This document shows positions 9,099-18,849 of a stretch of 64,000 bases of DNA, piece by piece. Source of the DNA: Thermoplasmata archaeon. GTDB taxonomy: Archaea > Thermoplasmatota > Thermoplasmata > Lutacidiplasmatales > UBA184. The translations under genes were made by a program, and so were the position numbers. The stretch lies in contig DAHUXZ010000006.1 in the NCBI GenBank assembly GCA_027315455.1, positions 8,952 to 72,951 of the forward strand. Reading direction: 5' to 3'. Position 1 is the stretch's first letter; each line of letters opens with the position of its first letter. The notes beneath the pieces were generated by a model, which saw only the letters and a list, made by a program, of their open reading frames with translations, was not told the origin of the DNA and did not search any database.

Positions 9099-11129
9099 AT
9101 GTCGGTCGGCGCGGGCGGGGCCCCCGGCGCGGAGGGCGCCCTCCTCCCGCGGGAGCGGTCCACGCTCGCGGCCCTCGTGGACACACTGCTTCCGCCGGTC
9201 CCCGCGACCGGCGCGGGGAGCCCGTGGCCGTCCGGCCGCGCGCTGGGGGTCGATGCCGAGATCTCCGAGCTCGTCGCGCAGGAGTTCTCCCCGACCCAGC
9301 GGGCCGAGTTCCGTCGTCTCCTCGCCACCGTCGATTCTCCGCTGCTGAACCTCATCCTCGGCGGGAGACCGGTTCGCTTCTCGGCGCTCGACGCCCGGGC
9401 TCGGGAAGAGTACCTGTTCCGATGGGCCGCCAGCCGTCTCGGGGTCAAGCGCCGAGGGTTCCAGGCGATCAAGCGCCTCGCCCTCTTCCTCTACTACGGC
9501 CGGGAGCGGCCCGATCGCGACAGCATCCGGTCGGCGATCGGCGTTCGGCCGACCGTCGTGGTCGCCCCGGCTCCGCCCTCCCGGCACCGGCCGGTCGCGG
9601 TGACGGGACCGGTCGACATCGCCTGCGATGCCGTGGTCGTCGGGAGCGGGGCCGGCGGCGCCGCGATCGCGGCCCGCCTCGCCCGGTCCGGTCACTCCGT
9701 GGTCGTGCTCGAGGCCGGACCCTGGCGCGAAGGGGCGACGTTCCCGCGCGAGGAGGTGGACGCCTACTCCCGCCTGTTCCACGCCCGCGGCCTTCTCACG
9801 ACGCGCGACCTCTCCGTCACGATCCTCGCCGGGGCGACGGCGGGGGGCAGCACCACCGTCAACTGGATGACCTGCCTCGAGCCACCGGCCCCGGTTCGAG
9901 CGGAGTGGGCCGCGGCCGGTCTGACGCAGGCAACGGGCGCCGGGTTCTCGGCCCTCCTGGCCGAGGCCGCCGCGCGTATCCACGTCACGGACTCGGAGAG
10001 CTCGGTCAACCCTCCGAACGACGTGCTGCGCCGCGGCTGCCTCGCCCTGAACTATGTTCCCGGCACGGACTTCGACGTCATCCGGCGGAACGCCGACGGC
10101 TGCGAGGGCCGCTGCGGGGTCTGCGTCTTCGGTTGCCCCTGGGACGCGAAGCGCTCGGCCCTCGTGACGTTCCTCGCCGACGCCCTCTCATCCGGCGCGC
10201 GCCTGTACTCCCAGACCCGCGTCCAGTCGATCGAAGTGTCGGGCGGGAGGGCGACGGGCGTTCGGGGGGTCTTCCGCGACGGCCGCACCGAGCACCCCGT
10301 GCGCGTGCGGGCGCGCGCGGTCGTCGTCGCCGGTGGCGCCGTGCAGACCCCCGCGCTCCTTCAGGCGTCGGGGGCCGGCCCGTCGGGGGTGGGCCACGGG
10401 CTCCGCCTGCATCCGACGACGGCCGTCTTCGCCGAGTACCCCGAGCCGATGCGGATGTGGGAGGGACCGATGCAGACGATATTCGTCCGGCGGTTCACCG
10501 CCACCGACCCCGCGCTCCACGGCCCCTGGATCGAAAGCGTTCCGGCCCATCCGGGGCTCGCGGCGTCCGCCCTTCCGTGGACCTCGGCCGCCGACCATCG
10601 GGACCGCATGCTCCGGATCGAGCGGGCCGCGGCCTCGATCGTCCTCGTCCGGGACGTCGGGGAGGGACGGGTCCGGGCGGACGCGACCGGGCGTCCCCTC
10701 CTCGAGTACCGCCTCACGACGGCCGACCGTGATCACCTCCTTCAGGGGATGGTGGAGACCGCGCGGATCCACCGGGCGGCCGGCGCGCTGCGGATCGCCA
10801 CGCTTCACGCCGGCGGTCTTTCCGCCGGCGACGGGCGGCGTCCGGTCACGGCCTCCGAGTTCGACGCGTTCGAGTCCGAGGTGTGGCGCCGCGGCGTGCG
10901 GGAGAACGACGTGGCGCTCTTCTCGGCCCACCCCACGGGCTCGGCGCGCATCGGCACGGACCCGGCGCGGTCCGCCTGCCGTCCTACCGGTGAGGTCCAC
11001 GGGGTCAACGGGCTTTGGGTCGGGGACGGCAGCCTTCTCCCGAGCGCACCCGGGGTCAACCCGATGCTGTCGATCTACGCGGTCGCGCTCGGGACGGCGG
11101 GACACATCGACGCCGCGCTTCGCCGATAG
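9099..11129 (+). CDS. GMC-family flavin oxidoreductase (long-chain alcohol oxidase-like)
   Basis: VVVGSGAGG FAD motif, GGSTTVN, CxxGC, FSAHPTG, LPSAPGVNPML. Confidence 0.9.
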   Translation: MSVGAGGAPGAEGALLPRERSTLAALVDTLLPPVPATGAGSPWPSGRALGVDAEISELVAQEFSPTQRAEFRRLLATVDSPLLNLILGGRPVRFSALDARAREEYLFRWAASRLGVKRRGFQAIKRLALFLYYGRERPDRDSIRSAIGVRPTVVVAPAPPSRHRPVAVTGPVDIACDAVVVGSGAGGAAIAARLARSGHSVVVLEAGPWREGATFPREEVDAYSRLFHARGLLTTRDLSVTILAGATAGGSTTVNWMTCLEPPAPVRAEWAAAGLTQATGAGFSALLAEAAARIHVTDSESSVNPPNDVLRRGCLALNYVPGTDFDVIRRNADGCEGRCGVCVFGCPWDAKRSALVTFLADALSSGARLYSQTRVQSIEVSGGRATGVRGVFRDGRTEHPVRVRARAVVVAGGAVQTPALLQASGAGPSGVGHGLRLHPTTAVFAEYPEPMRMWEGPMQTIFVRRFTATDPALHGPWIESVPAHPGLAASALPWTSAADHRDRMLRIERAAASIVLVRDVGEGRVRADATGRPLLEYRLTTADRDHLLQGMVETARIHRAAGALRIATLHAGGLSAGDGRRPVTASEFDAFESEVWRRGVRENDVALFSAHPTGSARIGTDPARSACRPTGEVHGVNGLWVGDGSLLPSAPGVNPMLSIYAVALGTAGHIDAALRR

Positions 11130-11214
11130 GCCCCCTCCGGGCGGCGCGCCCGGGGGGAACCCAAGGCGTTAAGAACCGTGCCTTGGTGAGTCGGACCGAC
11201 CTCTCGGAGGCCGT

Positions 11215-11400
11215 ATGCCGCATTGGTCCGTGACCGGTAGCTTCCTGGCCCGCCGCGACGACTGGCAGCGCTTCACGAAGAGCTGCGAGGCGCCCTCGGC
11301 CGAGCTCGCGCGCGAGTGGGCGCTCAGCGAGATCGGCGGCTGCCACGGCGTGCCGCGCGCCCGCATCCGGATCGAGAAGGTCCACGAGGTCGCCCAGTGA
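11215..11400 (+). CDS. 50S ribosomal protein LX (L18Ae/L20e family)
   Basis: FTK...AREWALSEIGGCHGVPRARIRIEKV; conserved LX-pfdA-ftsY gene order. Confidence 0.85.
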   Translation: MPHWSVTGSFLARRDDWQRFTKSCEAPSAELAREWALSEIGGCHGVPRARIRIEKVHEVAQ

Positions 11401-11873
11401 GCGCGGCCGCCCCCGAGATGACCGAGCAGCAGGTCCAGGAGGACCTCGTCCGGCTCGACACCTACCGGGGCCAGCTCAACGCGATGCTCCAGCAGCACCA
11501 GTACCTGACGGCGTCCCGCGCCGACCATTTGCGGGCCCGCGAGTCGCTGGAAGGGCTCGACCGCCTCGGGGACGACGGCGAGCTCCTCATCCCCATCGGA
11601 GGGGAGACCTATGTCCACGGCGCGGCGACCCCGAAGACGAAGGTGGTGATCGGGATGGGCTCCGGCCTCGTGGTCGAGCTCGAACGCCCGAAGGCGATCG
11701 AGATCCTCGCCGACCGTCTCGGCAAGATCGACCGCGCGACCCAGGACCTGGAGAGCCAGATCCGCACCCTCGAGGAGCGGGTCCAGCTCATCTCCCAGCG
11801 CATCGACCGACTTTCGCGCGGGGACTCCGGCGAGCCGGGAGCGACGGCCGCGGACGATGTGGGCGGCGATTAA
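11397..11873 (+). CDS. pfdA: Prefoldin subunit alpha
   Basis: Coiled coils flanking ELLIPIGG...KVVIGMGSGLVVE; GTGA overlap with the LX stop. Confidence 0.9.
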   Translation: MSAAAPEMTEQQVQEDLVRLDTYRGQLNAMLQQHQYLTASRADHLRARESLEGLDRLGDDGELLIPIGGETYVHGAATPKTKVVIGMGSGLVVELERPKAIEILADRLGKIDRATQDLESQIRTLEERVQLISQRIDRLSRGDSGEPGATAADDVGGD

Positions 11874-12840
11874 GGCCCGCCTCGGGTTGGGCTCCCCGCC
11901 GCCGAAGGCGTCGTCCCCCGCGGCGCCGGCCCCGGCCGCCGCCGCGGAGGGGCCCTCGCCGTTCGCCGAAGGCTTTGGCGGCCGCCGGCTCACGGCGGGG
12001 ACCGTCGTGGACGTCCTCGACGACCTCGAGATCGTCCTGCTCCAGTCCGACGTCGCGCTGCCCGTGATCGAGAAGATGCGCCGGGACCTGCGGAAGGAGC
12101 TCTCGGGCCGCAAGCTGCGCTGGGGAGTGGACGCGGAGTCGGCGATCCGCCACGGGCTCGAATCGTCGGTGCGGCAGGTCCTCGCGAAACCGGGGATCGA
12201 CCTCGTCGCGACGATCCGGGCCCATCAGCCGAAACCGTACGTCATCCTCTTCGTTGGGGTCAACGGCACGGGGAAGACCACCACCGTCGCGAAGATCGCC
12301 GGGCGCCTTCGGGACGCCGGGCTCAAGGTCGTCATCGCCGCGGGCGACACCTTCCGGGCCGGGGCGATCGAGCAGCTCCTCGTCCACGGCGAGCGCCTCG
12401 GCATCCGCGTCATCCGCCAGCAGGAAGGCTCCGACCCGGCGGCCGTCGCCTTCGACGCCCTCGAGCACGCGCGCGCGAAGGGCGTCGAGGTCGTGCTGGT
12501 CGACACCGCGGGCCGTCAGCACACCAACGAGAACCTCGTCCAAGAGGCGAAGAAGATCCGCCGGGTCGCCGCGCCCAACCTGACGCTGTTCGTGGGCGAT
12601 GCGCTCTCGGGCAACGACGTCGTCGAGCAGGCCCGCCTCTTCGAGGAATCCCTCGGGATCGATGGTCTCGTCCTCACGAAGCTCGACGCCGACGTCAAGG
12701 GCGGGGCGGCCCTGTCGGCGACGTTCGTCACCGGAAAGCCGATCCTGTTCGTGGGGGTGGGCCAGGGCTACGCCGACCTCGCCCCGTTCGACGTCGACTG
12801 GATGATCGCCCGGCTCTTTGCGGAGGGGACCGCCGGGTGA
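11857..12840 (+). CDS. ftsY: SRP receptor FtsY
   Basis: GVNGTGKTTT, DTFRAGA, DTAGR, TKLDAD, GVGQ. Confidence 0.95.
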   Translation: MWAAIKARLGLGSPPPKASSPAAPAPAAAAEGPSPFAEGFGGRRLTAGTVVDVLDDLEIVLLQSDVALPVIEKMRRDLRKELSGRKLRWGVDAESAIRHGLESSVRQVLAKPGIDLVATIRAHQPKPYVILFVGVNGTGKTTTVAKIAGRLRDAGLKVVIAAGDTFRAGAIEQLLVHGERLGIRVIRQQEGSDPAAVAFDALEHARAKGVEVVLVDTAGRQHTNENLVQEAKKIRRVAAPNLTLFVGDALSGNDVVEQARLFEESLGIDGLVLTKLDADVKGGAALSATFVTGKPILFVGVGQGYADLAPFDVDWMIARLFAEGTAG

Positions 12841-13586
12841 CGGCCGAGGTCGAGGTCGTCCTTGTCCGGCCCAAGGAGGACGGGAACGTCGGGGCCGTCG
12901 CCCGGCTCGCCCGGAACTTCGGGGCCGCCCGCCTCGTGTTCGTCGCGCCGCGCGCCGGTCTCGGCCCCGAGGCCCGGCGGCGCGCCATGGGCGGTCTCGG
13001 CCTGCTCTCGGCCGCCCGCGTCGTCCCGACCTTCGCCGAGGCGATCGCGGGAGCGGACCTCGTCGTCGGCACGACGGACCTTTCTACGGGGCGCTCCACG
13101 GCGTATCTCCGCCGCTCGGTGAGCCCGGAGCGGCTCGGCGAGATGGTGCGCCCGATCGTGGGGCGCGTCGCGCTCGTCTTCGGTCCCGAGGACAACGGCC
13201 TCGACCGCGACCAGCTGCACGCCTGCGACCTGCTCGTGCACGTGCCGGCGCGCCGGGAGTTCCCGACCCTCAACCTCTCCCACGCCGCCGGTATTGTCCT
13301 CTACGCCGTCCACCGGGCCCTGTCGCTCGACGCGAGCGAAGAGAGCACGCCCGCCCCGGAGGTCCTCAGCCTGAACGGCCGCGAGAAGGAGCTCCTCCTC
13401 GCCCGTATCGCCGAGCTCGCCGCCCGGACCGGATATCCGGCCCACAAGCGGCCGGGGCTCACGCTCCTGTTCCGCCGCGTACTCGGCCGCTCGACGCCGA
13501 CGGAGGCGGAGTACCGCATGATGCTCGGGTTCCTACGCAACATCGACCGAAGCCTCGGTCGGAGGGGTCATGGCAGAAGCAGCTGA
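12837..13586 (+). CDS. trmJ: tRNA (cytidine/uridine-32) 2'-O-methyltransferase, TrmJ/SPOUT family
   Basis: VVLVRPKEDGNVGAVAR, LVFGPEDNGL, PTLNLSHA. Confidence 0.85.
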   Translation: MTAEVEVVLVRPKEDGNVGAVARLARNFGAARLVFVAPRAGLGPEARRRAMGGLGLLSAARVVPTFAEAIAGADLVVGTTDLSTGRSTAYLRRSVSPERLGEMVRPIVGRVALVFGPEDNGLDRDQLHACDLLVHVPARREFPTLNLSHAAGIVLYAVHRALSLDASEESTPAPEVLSLNGREKELLLARIAELAARTGYPAHKRPGLTLLFRRVLGRSTPTEAEYRMMLGFLRNIDRSLGRRGHGRSS

Positions 13587-13998
13587 CTGGGTACGGGTGC
13601 GCGGCATGGGTCGGGAGCGGTTCGCGGGATACTTCGTCGACTACCTCGCCACGCTCGGCTATTCCGTCGAGCGGAGCGAGTCGACCGAGCCGGCCGAGAC
13701 CCGGCTCACGGCGCGCCTTACCCGGATGAACCCGGCCCTCCCCGAGGGGGCGCGCGAGCTCCGCTTTTGCCTGACCCCGACGAGCGGCGGGGCCTCCGTC
13801 GTCTGGGAGCACCCCACCTCCGTCGCCGACTCCGAACGTGGGCGGATGGACCGCCTCCAGCGCGAGCTGCTGGCCCACCTCATCCGCGCGGTCTCCACCG
13901 AGAGCCACGCGACGGCGAAGGTCTCGGCGGCGCCGGTCCCCCGGCTCCCTTGGTTGCCGCCGGCCGCCGGATCGTTCCGCACATCGGCAGCTTTATAA
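13570..13998 (+). CDS. Hypothetical protein
   Basis: SD-like GGAGGGG before ATG, host-like codon usage, co-oriented in the operon. Confidence 0.6.
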   Translation: MAEAADWVRVRGMGRERFAGYFVDYLATLGYSVERSESTEPAETRLTARLTRMNPALPEGARELRFCLTPTSGGASVVWEHPTSVADSERGRMDRLQRELLAHLIRAVSTESHATAKVSAAPVPRLPWLPPAAGSFRTSAAL

Positions 13999-14028
13999 TA
14001 GGCCCGTGGGTCCCCCCGCCCGCTCCCC

Positions 14029-14643
14029 ATGGCCGAGTCCCTCTACCACCACATCAGCTCCGCGTTCCGCGAGACCCAGGGCCCGGAGGGCGCCACGCTC
14101 CGCCACGAGCGCCTCCTCGCCTGGCGACGGGAAACGACGGTAACGCGGCTCGAGCGGCCGACCCGGCTCGACCGGGCGCGGGCCCTCGGCTACCGCGCGA
14201 AGGGCGGCTACGTCCTCGTCCGGGTCCGCGTCCGCCGCGGGGGCCAAGGCAAGCGGGCGATCATCGCCGGCCGCCGCCCGAAGCGCAAGGGTATCCTTCG
14301 GATGACCCTCGCGAAGAGCCTCCAGCGGATCGCCGAGGAGCGGGCCCAGAAGCACTACCCGAACCTCGAGGTCCTCAACTCCTACTGGGTCGGGGAGGAC
14401 GGCAAGCAGAAGTTCTTCGAGATCGTCCTCGTGGACCCGTCGCACCCGGAGATCCTCGCGGACCCGAAGATCCGCTGGATCGCCGCACCGTCCCAGAAGG
14501 GGCGGGTCTTCCGCGGCCTCACCCGTGCCGGTCGCGACAGCCGCGGGCTGCGCTGGAAGGGAAAGGGCGCCGAGCGGATGCGTCCGTCGCGGGCGCGGAA
14601 CCGCCGGCCGTACCGCCGGACCCAGACGAAGGTCATCCCGTAG
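14029..14643 (+). CDS. rpl15e: 50S ribosomal protein L15e
   Basis: RPTRLDRARALGYRAK, IAEERA, VLNSYWVGEDG, RVFRGLT. Confidence 0.96.
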   Translation: MAESLYHHISSAFRETQGPEGATLRHERLLAWRRETTVTRLERPTRLDRARALGYRAKGGYVLVRVRVRRGGQGKRAIIAGRRPKRKGILRMTLAKSLQRIAEERAQKHYPNLEVLNSYWVGEDGKQKFFEIVLVDPSHPEILADPKIRWIAAPSQKGRVFRGLTRAGRDSRGLRWKGKGAERMRPSRARNRRPYRRTQTKVIP

Positions 14644-14651
14644 GCGTCGGG

Positions 14652-15104
14652 CTAGCCGCGCTCGATCTCGCCGAGGAAGTGCTCGAGCGGGGCCCCGGCC
14701 CGGTCGGCGGTCCGCCGCGCCCAGCCGGCGAGGCCCTCGACATGGGAGACCTCGCCGCGCAGGACCCGGGCCAGCTCCCGACGGAAGTCGAGGTCGAGGT
14801 CGATCGAGGACGGCCCGAGGAAGTCCCGGAGGCGGCGGGCGAAGTGCCCGCCCTCGGTGTCCCAGTCGGTGAGGACGATCACCCGCTGCACCCCCTGGGT
14901 CAGTCCCTCGGCCACGGCGGCCAGGCTCTGGCCGCGGTGGATGAGCCGGATCGGTCCGGGGACCCTCAGCCGACGCAACGAGCGCCGGTCCCGGTCCCCC
15001 TCCACCAGGATGACGGTGCCCGGCTCCGCGCTCGCGCGGAGGAGCCGCTCCCACAGCTCGAGGAACTCCGGCCAGACGGCGATCCGCTGCGCCGATTCGA
15101 CCAT
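14652..15104 (-). CDS. Stand-alone Toprim-domain protein (RNase M5/UPF0292-like)
   Basis: ILVEGDRD and VIVLTDWDTEG Toprim motifs. Confidence 0.85.
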   Translation of the reverse strand: MVESAQRIAVWPEFLELWERLLRASAEPGTVILVEGDRDRRSLRRLRVPGPIRLIHRGQSLAAVAEGLTQGVQRVIVLTDWDTEGGHFARRLRDFLGPSSIDLDLDFRRELARVLRGEVSHVEGLAGWARRTADRAGAPLEHFLGEIERG

Positions 15105-15295
15105 GCGTCGTCCGAGGGAGCGGGCCCGGGAGGGGCCGACGGCCGGTAGCCGCGGCCGGCCTTAACCCTCCCGGGCGATCCCGCTCCCGGCGCGCGGACG
15201 GGCCCCCCGACCGGGCCCGTCGGGCGATCGCGCGACGAGCCGGGGCGCGCCGCGCGCGACCGCTTAAGAGCCGGCCACCCCATCCCCCGGGGCCC

Positions 15296-15943
15296 GTGAC
15301 GGACCAGTACACGCGCCTTCTCGAGTGGCGACGGGCCGAGGCCTCCTCCCGCGGGCTCGCGAAGCTTCCGCACGATTTCTACGCCACGACGCGGACCTAC
15401 CTGGCCGAGGCTCGCCGCCTCTTCGAGTCCGAGCTGCGGGCGAATCCGTCGGGAAAGAAGGGGGAGCTCGCCCGCCAGACCTACCAGCGGGCCGGCCAGG
15501 TCGCGCGCGATGTCGTCGAGGCGCGGATGACGAAGGTGCTGTCGCTGGCGTTCCAGGCGAGCGTCGGGGGGGCGAAGGACCTTCCGAACGCCCTTCCCGA
15601 GGAGCGGAGCCTGTTCGACGGCCTCCTCGATCGGCTGCGGGCGCACCGCCAGGGCGTCGCCCCGTTCCTCGAGCCGTCGGCCGAGGGCGCGGGAACCCCC
15701 GCACTTTTGGCCGACGCATCCCCGCCCGCCGAGCCCGCCCCGCTTCCGAGCGCGCCGGCCGCGACGCCGGCGACCGTCCTCGTGCGGATCGTCAAGGACG
15801 GACGACCCGTCGTCGTGGGCGGCGACACCGTCGAGCTGCGGAAGGAGGACCTCTTGACCCTTCCGGCGGAGACGGCCCGGCTCCTCATCGACGCGAAGCT
15901 CGCCGAGCCGGTGCGGCCTAAGGAGCCGCCGGCGACGGCGTAG
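15296..15943 (+). CDS. GINS complex protein (Gins51-type)
   Basis: Helical A domain (LAKLPHDFY, RMTKVL, LPEERSLF), Pro/Ala linker, then beta B domain (VLVRIVKD...EDLLTLP). Confidence 0.8.
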   Translation: MTDQYTRLLEWRRAEASSRGLAKLPHDFYATTRTYLAEARRLFESELRANPSGKKGELARQTYQRAGQVARDVVEARMTKVLSLAFQASVGGAKDLPNALPEERSLFDGLLDRLRAHRQGVAPFLEPSAEGAGTPALLADASPPAEPAPLPSAPAATPATVLVRIVKDGRPVVVGGDTVELRKEDLLTLPAETARLLIDAKLAEPVRPKEPPATA

Positions 15944-17069
15944 CGTCGGGCGTCGCGACGGCCGATCCCGGCGGCGCGAGGTCCAGGACCCGGAACGTGC
16001 CGAACCCGAAGAGGAGGTTCTTGGCGGCGAGCCGCACCCGTACCTCGGCCTCGCTCGAGACGCTGGCGCGGGCTCGCTCCTCCAAAAGGGCCGGCAGGCC
16101 CCAGCGGACGAGCGCCTCGGCCTGTCCGACGTAGGCCCGCTCGGTGAGGCCGGCGCGGCGGGCCGCATCGCGCAGGCGGGTGAAGTTGACGAACGCGCTC
16201 AGGTCGGCCCGACCGAGCTCGGCGAGCGGATCGTCGACCGGTCGGTGGGCCCGGACCGCCGCGAACGTCCCCTCGGGATGGCCGAGGAGAAGCTCCGGCT
16301 CCTCCAGCCCGTAATCGACGAAGACGGCCGCCCCCGCGACCAGATGGTCGGCGACCTCGCGCAGGATCGCCTCGGCGGCGGGCGCGACCTCGAGGACGAT
16401 CCCGTCCCGGGGCGGAGCGGGGAGGGCGGGAGGCGGCAGCGCTCCGAGCGGCCCCTCGGCCCACTCGACGGCCGCGGGGCCGACGCGCAATCCGAGCTCG
16501 CGCCAGGCGCCGTCGCGGGCGACGAGCCGGCGGAACGGGACCGCATCGAGAAGCTCGTTCGCGATCACGAACCCCGAGAACGGGCCATCGGTGGAGAGGG
16601 CGTCGGCGCGACGGATCGCGACGCGGCCGGGGTCGGCGACGCCGAGGAGCGCCTCGGCGCTCGCGCGCGCGAGCCGCCGGGAGCGCTCGACGAGGACGTA
16701 GTCGACCGTCGTCGTCGGCGGCATCCGCGGGACGAGGGCCGCCAGCAGGTCGCGGGCGAGCGTACCGTCCCCCGGACCGAGCTCGACGATGCGAAAGCGC
16801 GCCGGTCGTCCGAGCCGCTCGAACTCCTCGAACGCGCGGGCGGCGACCGCCCCCCCGAACAGCGGACTCGCGTGGGCGGCCGTGTAGAAGTCCCCGTGCG
16901 GCCCGAGCGGCGGTTCGGCGGACTCGTAGTAGCCGGTCTCGGGATCGTAGAGGGCGCGGTCGACGACGCGGTCGAACGGGAGGAACCCGCGGGGACCGGC
17001 GTCGGCCCGGAGACGCTCGAGAAGGCCGGACGGGATGGACGGCGCGGTCGGGGAGGGGGACGGCGCCAT
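15918..17069 (-). CDS. SAM-dependent methyltransferase, MidA/NDUFAF7 family
   Basis: ALYDPETGYY, GDFYTA, IVELGPGDG, ANELLDAVP, VDYG, DLSAFVNF. Confidence 0.9.
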   Translation of the reverse strand: MAPSPSPTAPSIPSGLLERLRADAGPRGFLPFDRVVDRALYDPETGYYESAEPPLGPHGDFYTAAHASPLFGGAVAARAFEEFERLGRPARFRIVELGPGDGTLARDLLAALVPRMPPTTTVDYVLVERSRRLARASAEALLGVADPGRVAIRRADALSTDGPFSGFVIANELLDAVPFRRLVARDGAWRELGLRVGPAAVEWAEGPLGALPPPALPAPPRDGIVLEVAPAAEAILREVADHLVAGAAVFVDYGLEEPELLLGHPEGTFAAVRAHRPVDDPLAELGRADLSAFVNFTRLRDAARRAGLTERAYVGQAEALVRWGLPALLEERARASVSSEAEVRVRLAAKNLLFGFGTFRVLDLAPPGSAVATPDATPSPAAP

Positions 17070-17079
17070 CGCGCCGGGC

Positions 17080-17856
17080 TCAGCCGATGTAGCCGAGGTC
17101 CTCGCGGGCCTGCTCGCGCGGCATCTCCGAGGGCTTCTGCTCGGCCTCGTGGATCTTCTGGGCGATGCGGTCGATCTCGCGGGCCTTCGACTCGAGGTCG
17201 GTGAAGTCGACGTGGACCCCGAGGGCCTGGGTGAGGACCTTGAGCACGGCTTCGGCGCTCCGCGGGTCGACGAAGTAGCCGCTCGTCTCGCCCATGAGGC
17301 AGACGCCCTCCATGTCGAACGTGCGGCCGAGGCCGAGGAAGAGCCCGCTCGCCCCGATGAGGCCACCGCCGGGGTCGTCGCGCGAGAAGACGACGCCGAA
17401 CCGCTTCATCGCCTCGACGCGCGCGGGCGACGTCGCGGCCCCGAGGACGCGGGGATGTTCGACGACATGGCCCTGGGCGAAGCCGGCGAGAGTGAAGACC
17501 TCCCGGACCCCCAGACCGGCGCAGAACTCGAGGACCCGGTGGGTGAGCTCGTACTGGCCCTCGGGGGTGATGCCCTGGTAGTCGCCCCCGAGGATCAGCA
17601 GATCGCGCTCGCCGGCGCGCTGCGCGGGGCGGTAGGATAGGTCGTTCGAGACGAGGCGGATGATCCCCTCCTCGTTGACGTAGACCTGCGGCGGGAAGAA
17701 CTTCGAGAAGATGGTGGCAAGCGGCTTCGCCCCGAGCTTCTCCTTGAGGTAGTCGGCGGCCAGCTTTCCCACGTTGCCGACCCCGGGCAGTCCCTCGACC
17801 AGTATCGGGTCCTTGAGCTCCACCTTCTCGACGACCCGGATCAGCACGTCCTCCAT
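17080..17856 (-). CDS. PAC2-family proteasome assembly chaperone
   Basis: ILVEGLPGVGNVGKLA, GASGLFLG, CLMGETSG, DPRSA, C-terminal YIG. ATG at 17856. Confidence 0.9.
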   Translation of the reverse strand: MEDVLIRVVEKVELKDPILVEGLPGVGNVGKLAADYLKEKLGAKPLATIFSKFFPPQVYVNEEGIIRLVSNDLSYRPAQRAGERDLLILGGDYQGITPEGQYELTHRVLEFCAGLGVREVFTLAGFAQGHVVEHPRVLGAATSPARVEAMKRFGVVFSRDDPGGGLIGASGLFLGLGRTFDMEGVCLMGETSGYFVDPRSAEAVLKVLTQALGVHVDFTDLESKAREIDRIAQKIHEAEQKPSEMPREQAREDLGYIG

Positions 17857-18069
17857 CGGCGGTCCCGCGGACGGACCGGGGCGGGCTAGATAACGGTTCG
17901 CTTTCGGGCCGGTGACCTCGTGCGCCGCGTCGCAGCCACCGGGCGTTCCCGACGCCCAACCTCGGCCGTCCCCGGGCGGCCCTCGCTCGGCGGCCGGGGG
18001 CGCCCTCATCACGGGTCCTTCAGCGTCGAGTCCCGTACGCCCGGCTCGGCCGGCCGCCGAATCCGGACC

Positions 18070-18849
18070 CTACTCTTCGGTCCGGGAGGGGTCGCGGTCG
18101 GAAGGGGAGACCAGGGTGAGGCCGTGGTCCGTGACGCGGGCGGCGAGGGCCTGCGTCCGCTCCGGGTGGTTGCGGACCTTGCGCACGTGCAGCGTCCGCC
18201 GGTCGTCGCGCGGGGGCTCGGCGCCGTGGATGTCCACGACGAGGTCGGCCATGTCCTCGAGGAGGCCGGAGGTTCGCCGCTCGTGGATGTCGGGCTGGAT
18301 GACGAGGAGGACCTGGCCCCCCAGGTTCTGGGCATGGTGGCGCGTCTGACGGGCGAGCATCATCACGTCCGAGGGGTCGAGGACCTCGAGGAAGAAGTCG
18401 AGCGAGTCGACGACGAGCCGAAAGGAGCCGCGCATCGCGGCCAGGTCGGCGAGGATGCGGTTCGCGAGGTTGTAGGTGCGCCGGCGCAGGGGGACCGTCG
18501 GGTGGTCGGAGAGGTCCCGGTAGGTGAGCCCCGTCTCGCGCGCGCGCGACACCTCGAGGTCGCGGCGGAGGATGCGCTCGTAGTACTCGTCGGAGAGGTT
18601 GATCACCTCGAGGCCGTTCGGCGTCCACCCGAAGTCGCGGAACGCCCGCTCGACGTCGTCGGTCCGCTCGTAGGTGGAGTAGTAGTGGACCGGGTCGTGC
18701 CCGAGGCCGGCGTGCGCGAACTGTTTCGCGAGCAGGCTCACGCCGGAGCCGGAGGTGCCGCGAAGGAGTCCGAGCCAGCCGGCCGGCAGGACGTCGGAGA
18801 GCTTCGGGTCGACCTCGGGCAGGTCGAAGATCGGGAGGGCGCCGGTCAT
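18070..18849 (-). CDS. KaiC/RAD55-like protein with inactivated Walker A
   Basis: GTSGSGVS (Lys replaced by Val), YYSTYE, LVVDSL, MADLVV, KVRN. Confidence 0.8.
   Translation of the reverse strand: MTGALPIFDLPEVDPKLSDVLPAGWLGLLRGTSGSGVSLLAKQFAHAGLGHDPVHYYSTYERTDDVERAFRDFGWTPNGLEVINLSDEYYERILRRDLEVSRARETGLTYRDLSDHPTVPLRRRTYNLANRILADLAAMRGSFRLVVDSLDFFLEVLDPSDVMMLARQTRHHAQNLGGQVLLVIQPDIHERRTSGLLEDMADLVVDIHGAEPPRDDRRTLHVRKVRNHPERTQALAARVTDHGLTLVSPSDRDPSRTEE

Noticed and set aside
15186-15245. Long GC hairpin between the toprim and GINS promoters (GACGGGCCC-6 nt-GGGCCCGTC core)
   Set aside because: It could be a small RNA, but there is no diagnostic motif and such stems are common at this GC content.
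18000-18040. TPP riboswitch or hammerhead ribozyme (CTGA...ACCCG; TGATGAG)
   Set aside because: The second half of the TPP consensus (GAACCUGA...AGCG..GGGA) and the hammerhead CUGAUGA/GAAA arrangement are missing.
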